Of a stretch of DNA of 64,000 nucleotides, positions 11,040-20,186 are shown one piece after another. The stretch spans positions 192,001 through 256,000 of the forward strand of contig CAXXSL010000013.1 of the NCBI GenBank assembly GCA_963675525.2, in the 5' to 3' direction. This DNA is from Anaerohalosphaeraceae bacterium (GTDB taxonomy: Bacteria; Planctomycetota; Phycisphaerae; Sedimentisphaerales; Anaerohalosphaeraceae). The notes under the pieces are model-generated. The model was given only the letters and a program-made list of their open reading frames with translations. It had not been told where the DNA came from and made no database searches. A program made the position numbers and the translations under genes. The first letter of the stretch is position 1. Each line of letters begins with the position of its first letter.

Positions 11040-11806
11040 CACTTATCCCGTAGGGATAAAATAACAATTGCCGCCGGTGTTGGGAGCAAAGCGACCGAAA
11101 CCCGCGGTAACGAATACACCCACACCCCACGACCCCACTTATCCCGCAGGGATAAAATAACAATAGCCGCGGGTGCAGGCCGCAGGCCGGAACCCGTGGT
11201 ATGGATCCATTTACAAACCCATCGACCCTGTAGGGGTCGAATAATCAACACAGATATTTTTCATCAAATTCGATCCCTGCATGCTGAAGCATCTCAATAT
11301 ATTCCTCACGAAATGTTTTACGACGATGATGCACAAACTGATTCGCAATATAATTGATAATCCGGTCTTTGTCCTTCCATGAGCAGGTGAAGGCTCCATA
11401 TCCATCCTGCCAACACTCGAACAGTGGAAAGATTTTTTTGGTTTTGATCCATTTGGATTGTGCCAACTTGACGTCCTTGACCAATCCGGCCAAAGCAATC
11501 GTCGGATGCAATTCGGCCAAAATGTGCAGATGGTCTGTATAGCCCCCGACCTTATAGACGAAACAGTTTTTGTTCTGTAAGACTCCGGCGGTATATCGGC
11601 ATAATTCATCATGGTGTTCAAGATCAAGCGTGCCGTTGTGATTTTTTGTGCCGTAAACGATGTGATATAAAATCTGTGTGTACGTTGCCATGGATGCCTC
11701 CTTATTCGACCCCTTCGGGGTCGGCCCGGTTTTTTCCTCCTGTCCACGGGTTCCGGCCTGCGGCCTTCACCCGCGGCTATTCTTATTTAAAGCCCGATGG
11801 GCTTTA
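11040..11806. mobile_element. IS200/IS605-like (RAYT-like) element: tnpA flanked by inverted ~105-bp structured repeats
   Basis: Left units at 11040-11135 (partial) and 11136-11244; inverted right unit at 11702-11806. They share AATAGCCGCGGGTG..GGCCGCAGGCCGGAACCCGTGG and TCGACCC-GGGGTCGAATAA. Confidence 0.85.
11245..11691 (-). CDS. tnpA: IS200/IS605-family HUH (Y1) transposase
   Basis: YHIVYGTK, HUH motif DHLHIL, WQDGYGAFT and catalytic YIANQ. Confidence 0.95.
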   Translation of the reverse strand: MATYTQILYHIVYGTKNHNGTLDLEHHDELCRYTAGVLQNKNCFVYKVGGYTDHLHILAELHPTIALAGLVKDVKLAQSKWIKTKKIFPLFECWQDGYGAFTCSWKDKDRIINYIANQFVHHRRKTFREEYIEMLQHAGIEFDEKYLC

Positions 11807-11836
11807 ATTCGTACCGTAAAACATTATGTCCAATTC

Positions 11837-12109
11837 TTAAATTTCATCCTCAATATGAATCTCGACGTTTTCGCGGTAGGCGGAGCTGTCCTTCATTTTG
11901 TACTGGAGGATGAACATGCGGACGGCGTAACCGATGGCGGAAAAACCCGCGATGAAGAAAATGGCCGCGGCGATAAAGGCAAACAGGTCGCGCAATACGA
12001 ATACCAGCATACCGAAACCGATCAAAAACAGCCCCAGCACCAGTGCCCCCTTAGCCAGCCCCTGTGTGGCCTGCCGAACGGGGTCGCCCTGAAAAAATAG
12101 TCGAAACAT
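11837..12109 (-). CDS. Small two-TM membrane protein
   Basis: Two hydrophobic helices, acidic tail and SD AAGGAG. Confidence 0.75.
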   Translation of the reverse strand: MFRLFFQGDPVRQATQGLAKGALVLGLFLIGFGMLVFVLRDLFAFIAAAIFFIAGFSAIGYAVRMFILQYKMKDSSAYRENVEIHIEDEI

Positions 12110-12130
12110 AAGATGCTCCTTTCAGTCGCA

Positions 12131-12227
12131 ATATCAAATATCAAACATTAAATATCAAAATAGCGGAGTCTGCCGTTCGGCAGACGACTTCCGTAATTTT
12201 ACATTTCACCTTTTGCTTTTTATATTT
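12131..12227. repeat. Heptamer tandem arrays flanking a GC-rich hairpin
   Basis: (ATATCAA)-like x4, then GTCTGCCG-TT-CGGCAGAC, then complementary T-rich heptamers. Confidence 0.6.
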
Positions 12228-14029
12228 GCCAGTAGATTTCCATGCCGCAGTCGCCGCAGTGGAAACGAAGTTCAAAAGTCCGACCATCTTCATCAACCAG
12301 CACCAGCGGTTCGGCCGGGTTATCCCGGTTATTCCCTTCGCACAACCCCAATTGCCTTCTGATGCAGTATTTCGTCGTCATCAGCTTTTGCCCGTGTAGG
12401 TCCAGGCCGCTTTCGGCGGCCGGTTCGATGGTCTGAACGCCATGCCGCCGGTAAAATTCTTCCGCCTTTTCATTCAGCACATTGCCCGTAAAGGATAGAT
12501 GCGTTTCGGGATACGGCGTTTGGTTTTTTATGACACAACCGGAAAGTTTTGGCCGGTTTTTCTCGCGAATCGACAGCATTGCTTCCACAAGCCCCCGTTT
12601 CAGTGCATTCAGCGTCGAGACGGGGAAAAAGTAAACATCCGCCGTTTCGATATTAACCGCCTCGCACACAAACAGCGTATTGCCCAGCTTGCCCAGTTGC
12701 ACAGCAGCCGTTTTCTGCGCCTGCTCTTTTTTCTGTGCGAGCGGCTTCTCGACCGCCATCTCAAAAATCGCCTCATTGCCATCTTCATCAACGCCGCACA
12801 ACGCAATACCGGTATCCGTATCCCGCAGCGTCATCGTCAAGCCGATTTTCCGCTCGGCGAGCTTTTCAAGCTGCTTTTCAAACCCATGGTCAAAGTTCCG
12901 CCGGATTTCGGTGCCAGCCCGCAGGTGTTCGATTTCTGGGGATAAATGCGCTGACCTTCGACGCGATTGACCACCGTGCCTGCCAGATTATTTGCCGCAT
13001 CAAAAAAACAAATGCCGTCGCCATTGTGCAACAGCACCGTACCATCTATCTCAAACCAATCACGCTGCACGTCTTTGACTGTGCCGATAAACTCACCCAT
13101 CGACTTGGGGCTGTCAATCGATCCCATTTTTTCAGACGGCCGGGCCAATCCGTACGTTGTAAATCCCCGGTTGAATGTCTTTTGCGGGTCCGGCTGGAAA
13201 TTCAAAGCAACCCGGCCTGATGAATTCTTTCGCAATCCTTTTGCGGCCAGAATCGTGTCCAGTTTTTGCCGGTAGAATCCCACCACATTGGCCGCATACG
13301 GCGCATCCTTCAGCCGGCCTTCGATCTTAAACGAGGTCACACCCGCATCAATCAGCGATGCCAGATGCTCGGACAAATTCAAATCCTTCAGTGACAACAG
13401 ATACCGGTCCTTGACAATCACATCGCCCTGCGAATCCTTCAGGCTGTATAACCGCCGGCACGGCTGGGCACACTGTCCCCGGTTCCCGCTGCGTCCGCCC
13501 AGCGCATAACTCATGGTGCATTGCCCGCTGGCCCCCACACACAGCGCCCCGTGAACAAAACATTCCAGCTCGATCGATGTATCTTGCCGAATTCCGGCGA
13601 ATCTGCTCCAGCGTCAGCTCCCGCGCAAGGATCGCCCGCGAAAAACCGACCGCTTCGAGAAACCGCACCTTCTCCACCGTCGCATTGTTCATCTGCGTAC
13701 TGGCGATCAGCGGTATTGGCGGCAAATCCAGTTCCAGCAGGCCAGCGTCCTGAACGATCAGCCCGTCAACGCCGATGTCATAAAACTGGCGTATCATCGC
13801 CTCCGCAACCGCCAGTTCCTCATCGGTCAGCAGCGTATTCAGCGCAACATACACCCGCACATAATAAAGATGCGCCAGCTCAACCACCTGCCGAATGGTC
13901 TCCAGACTATTGCCCGCCGCCTGTCGCGCACTGAACCGCTCGGCCCCGATATACACCGCATCCGCCCCGCACAGAATCGCCGCCTGTGCGGTTTGGAAAA
14001 TCTTTGGCCGGAGCAAGTAATTCAATCAT
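12220..14029 (-). CDS. U32 family protein with DUF3656 (RlhA/YdcP-like 23S rRNA hydroxylase); at least 3 frameshifts
   Basis: MIELLAPA, GADAVYIG, ILAREL, SGQC.MS, GRSGNRGQCAQPCR, SFKIEGR, FNRGFT, LMTTKYCIRRQLG.C. Confidence 0.85.
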
Positions 14030-14041
14030 CAAAAATCCTCT

Positions 14042-14299
14042 TCATCCCGTAGGGATGATAATAAGAATAGCCGCGGGTGAAGCGAAGCGGAACCCGTGGT
14101 ATAGATGTTCCCCACACATCCATCGACCCCGTAGGGGTCGAATAATCACGACAAATCTTTCTCTTCAAACGATATGTTGCCATGTTGTTTCTTTATTCGA
14201 CCCCGACAGGGTCGGTCAGTTGTTGGTTGTCATCACCACGGGTTCCGTTCGTTTTACTCACTGCACCCGCGGCTATTCTTATTCCAAGCCCTAACGGCT
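14042..14299. mobile_element. Non-autonomous (MITE/REPIN-like) deletion derivative of the tnpA element
   Basis: Same inverted repeat units as 11136-11806, enclosing ~50 bp that carry the tnpA start (MATY) and end (FEEKDLS*). Confidence 0.85.
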
Positions 14300-14300
14300 G

Positions 14301-14447
14301 TTACGTTTTCTTTTGAAGTTGGTGAGGGCAGACAGATTGTATGAAAAACCTATGGGCAGAAAGAGCCTGACGCCACGTTCTTAAGAGCAACCACAAAAAC
14401 AAATAAACATCAAATTGTAGTTGAAATCTTAAAGTAAAATCAGTCAT
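14301..14447 (-). CDS. Candidate 48-aa hydrophobic small protein
   Basis: Perfect SD AAGGAGGTGA 5 nt before the ATG; MTDFTLRFQLQFDVYLFLWLLLRTWRQ... Confidence 0.4.
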   Translation of the reverse strand: MTDFTLRFQLQFDVYLFLWLLLRTWRQALSAHRFFIQSVCPHQLQKKT

Positions 14448-14564
14448 AAATATCACCTCCTTAATAATCAGAAATGAACAAATGAGGTTTCTAATAAAAA
14501 GAAGGCTCAATCTACCCAACTCTTGTTGCCCATAGGCTTTTATGTGGGTTTTTATGAAATTATC

Positions 14565-14598
14565 AAAAAAGAGAGCCCTTAATCAGGGCTCTCTTTTT
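14565..14598 (-). terminator. Intrinsic terminator after groEL (bidirectional)
   Basis: AAAAAAGAGAGCCCT-TAATC-AGGGCTCTCTTTTT. Confidence 0.85.
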
Positions 14599-14606
14599 AA
14601 CTATTT

Positions 14607-16234
14607 TTAATACATGTCGCCGCCGGGCATCGCCGGGGCTTTCTTCTTTTCCGGTATCTCGCTGACCATCGCATCCGTCGTCAGCAGCAGCGACGCAATC
14701 GACGCCCCGTTCTGCAGCGCCGTGCGTTCGACCTTCGTCGGCACGATCACGCCGAACTTGACCATATCGCCGTATTCCTTGCGGACCGCGTCATAGCCGA
14801 AGTTCTTTTCTTTCGATTCCATGACTTTCTGAGCGACAATCGAACCGTCCAGCCCCGCATTGACCGCGATCTGCTTGATCGGCGCCACCACGGCCCGGCG
14901 GATAATATCCACACCGACTTTTTCGTCGCCGATGCATTCGACCTTATCCAGCACGCCCAGGCACTTCAGCGTCGAAACGCCGCCGCCCGGCAGAATCCCT
15001 TCTTCAACCGCCGCACGGCACGCATGCAAGGCATCCTCGACGCGGGCTTTCTTTTCCTTCATCTCCGCCTCGGTCGCCGCACCCGACATTGATCTGTGCG
15101 ACACCGCCGGCCAGCTTGGCCAGACGTTCCTGCAATTTCTCAATATCATAATCGCTGGTCGATGCGTCGATCTCGCGTCTTGATCTGCTCGATGCGGCCT
15201 CTTGATATCGGCCGTCTTGCCGGCGCCTTCGACAATCGTCGTGTTGTCCTTGTCAATGGTGATGCGTTTGGCCTGGCCCAACTGTTTCAGCTCGACTGTT
15301 TCAAGATTGAGGCCGAGGTCTTCGAACAAGCGCCTGTCCGCCGGTCAGTACCGCGATATCGGCCAGCATGGCTTTCCGGCGGTCGCCGAAACCCGGAGCC
15401 TTGACCGCACACACCTGCAAAACACGCCGCGCAGCTTATTGACCACCAGTGTCGCCAGTGCTTCGCCTTCCACATCTTCGGCAATGATCAACAGCGGCCG
15501 ACCCTGCTTGGCAACCTTCTCCAACACCGGCACCAGTGACTTGATCGCACTGATTTTCTTTTCATGGATCAGGATATAAGGCTTGTCCAGCACAACCGTG
15601 CGGTCTTCCGGCATTATTGATGAAATGCGGGCTGAGATACCCTTTGTCAAACTGCATCCCTTCAAGCAGCTCGACATGTCGTTTCCAGCGACTGGCCTTC
15701 TTCGACAGTAATCACGCCGTCCTTGCCGACTTTTTCCATGGCCTGGGCCAGCGTCTTGCCGATCTCGGCATCCTGGTTGGCCGAACAGGTCGCGACCTGC
15801 TCGATCTGCTTGCCGGACTCAACCGGCGTGCTCATCTTTTTCAACGCCTCGACGATCGCCTCAACGGCCTTGTCGATGCCGCGTTTGACCTGCATGGCAT
15901 TGGCTCCGGCGGTAATATTCTTTAACCCTTCCTCAAAAATGGATTCGGCCAAAATCGTCGCCGTCGTCGTCCCGTCACCGGCCACGTTCGACGTCTTGGA
16001 CGCCACTTCCTTGACCATCTGGGCGCCCATGTTCTCGTAAGAATCTTCCAACTCGATTTCCTTGGCCACCGAGACACCGTCTTTGGTCACCGTGGGGCTG
16101 CCGAACGATTTTTCCAAAATCACGTTGCGTCCGCACGGGCCGAGTGTCACCTTGACCGCCGCCGCCAGTTTTTTAACGCCCTGGCGAATCGCTTCGCGGG
16201 CCTCTGTATTAAATGCAATCTTTTTCGCTGCCAT
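14607..16234 (-). CDS. groL: Chaperonin GroEL; several frameshifts between ~15090 and ~15680 (probable sequencing indels)
   Basis: [75 protein letters not shown]. Confidence 0.95.
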
Positions 16235-16253
16235 ATTTCAACTCTCCCGTTTT

Positions 16254-16280
16254 GTCATTCCCGCGAAGGCGGGAATCCAG
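16254..16280. repeat. REP-like palindrome GTCATTCCCGCGAAGGCGGGAATCCAG
   Basis: An inverted copy with 25/27 identity lies at 63226-63252. Confidence 0.8.
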
Positions 16281-16322
16281 ATGTTCTATTTTTGTTAATC
16301 CTGTAAATCCTGTCTAAAAGAT

Positions 16323-16610
16323 TTATTCTACGATTGCCAAAATGTCGGATTCGTCCATAATCATGTATTCCTTGCCGTCCATCTTAATTTCCGTCCCCGC
16401 ATAGCTGGTAAACAGGACCTCCTGGCCCTTCTTCACTGTCATCTTCGCCCGGCTGCCGTCATCAAGCTGCTTGCCGTCACCGACAGACAGGATTTTACCG
16501 CGTTTCGGTTTTTCCTTCGCTGAATCCGGCAACACAATACCGCCCGCTGTCATAGCTTCTGCTTCTAAACGCTGGACGATCACCTTGTCCCCTAATGGTC
16601 TGATCTTCAT
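16323..16610 (-). CDS. groS: Co-chaperonin GroES
   Basis: MKIRPLGDKVIV, TAGGIVLPDSAKEKP, YAGTEIK, ESDILAIV. Confidence 0.99.
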   Translation of the reverse strand: MKIRPLGDKVIVQRLEAEAMTAGGIVLPDSAKEKPKRGKILSVGDGKQLDDGSRAKMTVKKGQEVLFTSYAGTEIKMDGKEYMIMDESDILAIVE

Positions 16611-16651
16611 TCTCTACTCTCCTATTGTCTGGTTATTAATATTGCTTAATG

Positions 16652-16680
16652 TAAAAACGCCATGGCGCAAGCCATGCGAA
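16652..16680. repeat. 29-bp dispersed repeat with GCAA-tetraloop hairpin
   Basis: TAAAAACGCCATGGCGCAAGCCATGCGAA is identical at 22065-22093. Confidence 0.85.
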
Positions 16681-16704
16681 TCCTCAACTACGAATTATCC
16701 TATT

Positions 16705-16720
16705 TGCAAACATTGTGCCA
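16705..16720 (-). promoter_or_regulatory. Sigma-54 (-24/-12) promoter of groES-groEL
   Basis: The minus strand reads TGGCAC-AATGT-TTGCA, ~95 bp before the groES ATG. Confidence 0.85.
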
Positions 16721-16844
16721 GATCCAATCCCGAACCCACACATATAAACGCTATTTCCTTTATTTAAAAGGTCTTACGAAAACATAACTTGCTTTTTACA
16801 CCCGCCGTCCAAACCCAATTAGACAGACCCGCCGAACCCTGACC

Positions 16845-16857
16845 TGCCAGCATGGCA
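16845..16857. promoter_or_regulatory. Palindrome TGCCA-GCA-TGGCA, candidate upstream activator site of groESL
   Basis: Same arms and spacing as 785-797; ~125 bp upstream of the sigma-54 site. Confidence 0.5.
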
Positions 16858-16861
16858 GACA

Positions 16862-16920
16862 TGGGACCGTAACCGTCTCGGTCACATTTTAATAATGCGG
16901 GCGGGACGCCCGCGCTCCCA
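16862..16920. repeat. Inverted pair of 25-bp REP-like units
   Basis: TGGGACCGTAACCGTCTCGGTCACA (+) and TGGGAGCGCGGGCGTCCCGCCCGCA (-); a third copy is at 22038-22062. Confidence 0.7.
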
Positions 16921-17128
16921 TCCATCCGTAAAAACAAATTTTTTGCCATTTAATCCTAGTTTTTATCGGAATTCAACTTGACATCAGATGTTCTCTGTCT
17001 GATAATTACCTACAATTGGAGAGAGGGACATTTCTGGAAATTAAGGAGTTCCCGCACGAAAAATCTTAAGCCTCAGAACCCAAGGCTCAAGGCTGATTTT
17101 AAGACTAATTCAATTGGAGAACGGAAAG

Positions 17129-19002
17129 ATGAAAAGAATAATCCTCACAATGTTAATCATTGCGGCAACAGGAAATGTTTTAGCAAACACATCCGTCTGG
17201 CCACTGGATGTTGGACAAACATGGCTCTATGAAAGAACCGATGCAGTCAGCGGGCCGTGGCAGGTTAATCTTGACGTATTATCAAAACAAACATTGGGTG
17301 CCTATGAGTATTACCAGGCCCGAATAAGCAACTACGACAATCAGGGTGAGTCGGAAGACTGGTACATACGCTCGACTGACACCGGCGTATATACATGGGA
17401 TGGCTCTGCTGACCAGCTTACATTCCAGATCGCCCCAATCGGAACTGTTATCATCAATGGGGATACCCAGCGTGAACTGGTAGCCATTGAGTCCGTAACC
17501 GTTCCTTACGGAGGCCCTTATCAGGCTTATAAATATGAAAATCAGGATACGGTTGAAATGTCCCCATACTGGTATGAATACATTGTGCCGGGAATCGGAA
17601 TAGTCCAGCAAATAGATTACTGGGCGGATACGGGTTTGGGACAGGTCGCACCTCTGGAACAAAAGCTTGTCAATATCGAAGGTTTTATTTCGGGTTCAGG
17701 AACAGAAGCCGACCCCTATCTAATAGAAGACGTGAATGATCTGGGTGTTTTTGCCAATCCCGCCAATGCCGGTAAGTACTGGGCCAACGGCGTACATACA
17801 ATGCTGACCCGCGACCTCGATCTTTTCGGAAGGATTTATTCGAGTGCGGTTATCGCACCGGATACAGACGGAACAAACAATACATACCAGGGAACAGCAT
17901 TTAGAGGTGTTTTTGACGGCAATGATTTTACGATCAGCAATCTGACCATTGACGCCTCGACATCCGGCAACGATTATCTGGGATTGTTCGGATACATCAA
18001 TGGAGGAAGCGTTACCAATCTGAGCTTCGTCGATGTTCACATTACCGGCAGTAACAGTTCATTAGAAGTTGGCGCATTAGCCGGTCACGTTCAAGGATAC
18101 ACCTTCAGAGTGAACCCGTTGAAATATCGAATTGCCATTCAACCGGCACGATAGAAGGCAGGAGCCGCCTTGGGGGATTGATAGGAAACAAAAGTCTTTC
18201 TTCAAGCATCAGTGACTGTTCCTCTTCAGCCACCATTACCAGTCTTTTGAATAGCTTAGACGGCAGTAGTATCGGTGGATTAGTTGGCAGCAGCAGCGAA
18301 GGACAAATTAGCAACTGTCAGTCATCAGGAAACGTCGATGGTTATGCGAATGTCGGCGGTCTGATTGGACATGCGGGTTATACTCAGATTATTGACTGTC
18401 ATGCAAGTGGGAGTGTGACAGGCAACAGAGATTCCGGAGGATTGGTAGGGTCCTGTTCTGCCGGTGCTATTAGAAATTCGTTTGCACTCGGTGACGTAAC
18501 CTGCGTTAATTTTTATATTGGCGGACTGGTGGGATTTACGTGGTATAACACCAGTATCACAAACTCTTACGCAATGGGTGATGTCAGCGCTACCAATGAA
18601 GTGGGGGGGCTTGTTGGTCATTATGAAGGGGGTTCTATACGCGATTGCTATGCTGCCGGCGAAGTGGATGGATCTTTTGATGTTGGTGGCTTGATCGGAG
18701 TTAATAACGGAGGCGTCCAGACAGGATGTTTCTGGGATGTTGATACGTCCGGCATGACCGATGGTGTCGGGGACGAAGATCCCGATCCGGCTGGGGTCAC
18801 TGGCAAAACAACGGGAGAAATGAAAACAGCGGGCACATTTTTGGATGCGGGCTGGGATATGGTGACGGTCTGGAATATCGAGGAGGTGCAGACATATCCG
18901 CTCTTAAGAAAATATTCTGCGGTTGATACGAATTATGACAATCGGATTGATCTTGTTGACTTTATGGAATTTGCAGGCCACTGGCTTGACGGCGTTGAAT
19001 AA
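17129..19002 (+). CDS. Secreted GLUG-motif protein with dockerin-like C-terminus; frameshift near 18110
   Basis: Signal peptide, GSGTEADPYLI, FRGVFDGNDFTISNL, repeated (V/I)GGL(V/I)G, and DTNYDNRIDLVDFMEFAGHWL. Confidence 0.85.
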
Positions 19003-19203
19003 CTACTCGCCCTCGGCGGCTTGGCCCTGATGCGAAAAAGAAAACTTTTCAGAAGAAAGTAAACTTCTACGGATTAACAGCAGCAGGTATTATGTAGACA
19101 GAATAAAAAAAGGGCCTGCTGTTGCAGGCCCTTTCCTCGAAACAGCTTTTTATTTTGGGTGATGATCTTTGGTAAAACTCACCCTGCTCCCATATAGGGA
19201 ATC

Positions 19204-19806
19204 TTATTTTCTTTTGCTTAAAGCTATAAAACCACCCATTGCCATCAAAAACATGGTAGCTGGTTCCGGAATGCAAATGGTATCGATCACCATCTCATCC
19301 AGATAAATAGCGCCATAAATGTGTACCAATTCCTCCGGTGGGTTGGGAGTCAGTACGATTTCATATGTACTGTGATTCCAACCGTCCGGCAATAGAATGG
19401 TATCACCAATTTGGCTGCCGTCAACCATAGGCCCGCCCGGTACGGACGCTTCCAGCAATGGACCACTGCCTTTGGTACGCCAGGTCAATTGAATCCAGAT
19501 ACGTTTTTCATCTAACGGTTCGGGGTAATTCCAGATTGGAACATAAATCTCACCTGACAGCGGCCATACGCCCTGCCGGCCCTGATATACATCCAACCAC
19601 GAATCCCCTGCGAACGGCATCACATCCGCTGGCTGGGGAAAAGGATTGGTGGTAATATCAGGCAACGGATTAACGTCATTAAGACTGAATTCCCAAATCT
19701 GGAGCGTTGAACGCGACGCATCCCTCCACGCAGGTGGATTTAAATCGTCGGCAAAAAGCGGTAATACGAGCGTTGACAAAAGAAATGTTAATAGAATTTT
19801 TTTCAT
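19204..19806 (-). CDS. PEP-CTERM sorting domain protein
   Basis: Signal peptide MKKILLTFLL and C-terminus ICIPEPATMFLMAMGGFIALSKRK; terminator at ~19105-19135. Confidence 0.9.
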   Translation of the reverse strand: MKKILLTFLLSTLVLPLFADDLNPPAWRDASRSTLQIWEFSLNDVNPLPDITTNPFPQPADVMPFAGDSWLDVYQGRQGVWPLSGEIYVPIWNYPEPLDEKRIWIQLTWRTKGSGPLLEASVPGGPMVDGSQIGDTILLPDGWNHSTYEIVLTPNPPEELVHIYGAIYLDEMVIDTICIPEPATMFLMAMGGFIALSKRK

Positions 19807-20186
19807 CTTTTCCCTCCAAACAAAACCTTGCCTTTTTACTGATGTAAAACGCTGGTTGATGCTCTCTCCCAAAGCCACATTGCAGCTTTCCCAAATTTTG
19901 TATTATTATTTTGGCAGATAACTCGGGATTTGTCAAGAAAAAAAGATAAATAACGTAATTAATATTAGGAATATCTACTCGATTAATCTTCTTATAACGG
20001 TTTCTTTATATCTATCCAGATCAACGAGGTAACTGAGTTTTGTAAACCCAAAAAGTGATTTCCTGCACCTGCGAATGAAAATTCACTTGACATTACATAC
20101 TGACAGCCTATAATTTCGCGGATTTTGTGCCTATAAAAAACACCGGAACAATAACCTAAAGAATATCAGAAAGGGATGGTAGAAAA

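Noticed and set aside
11040..11244. Tandem 96-bp units as a CRISPR array
   Set aside because: Only two long degenerate units, inverted copies flank tnpA, and there are no cas genes.
8440..18130. Frameshifts in comM, queA, the U32 gene, groEL and the GLUG gene read as pseudogenes or programmed frameshifting
   Set aside because: They are confined to one ~10-kb stretch and several sit in homopolymer or dinucleotide runs (TCAAAAGCG, TGGTGTGTCGG). The pieces are otherwise undecayed and I saw no common slippery motif. Low-coverage long-read indel errors are the simplest explanation; check by read mapping.
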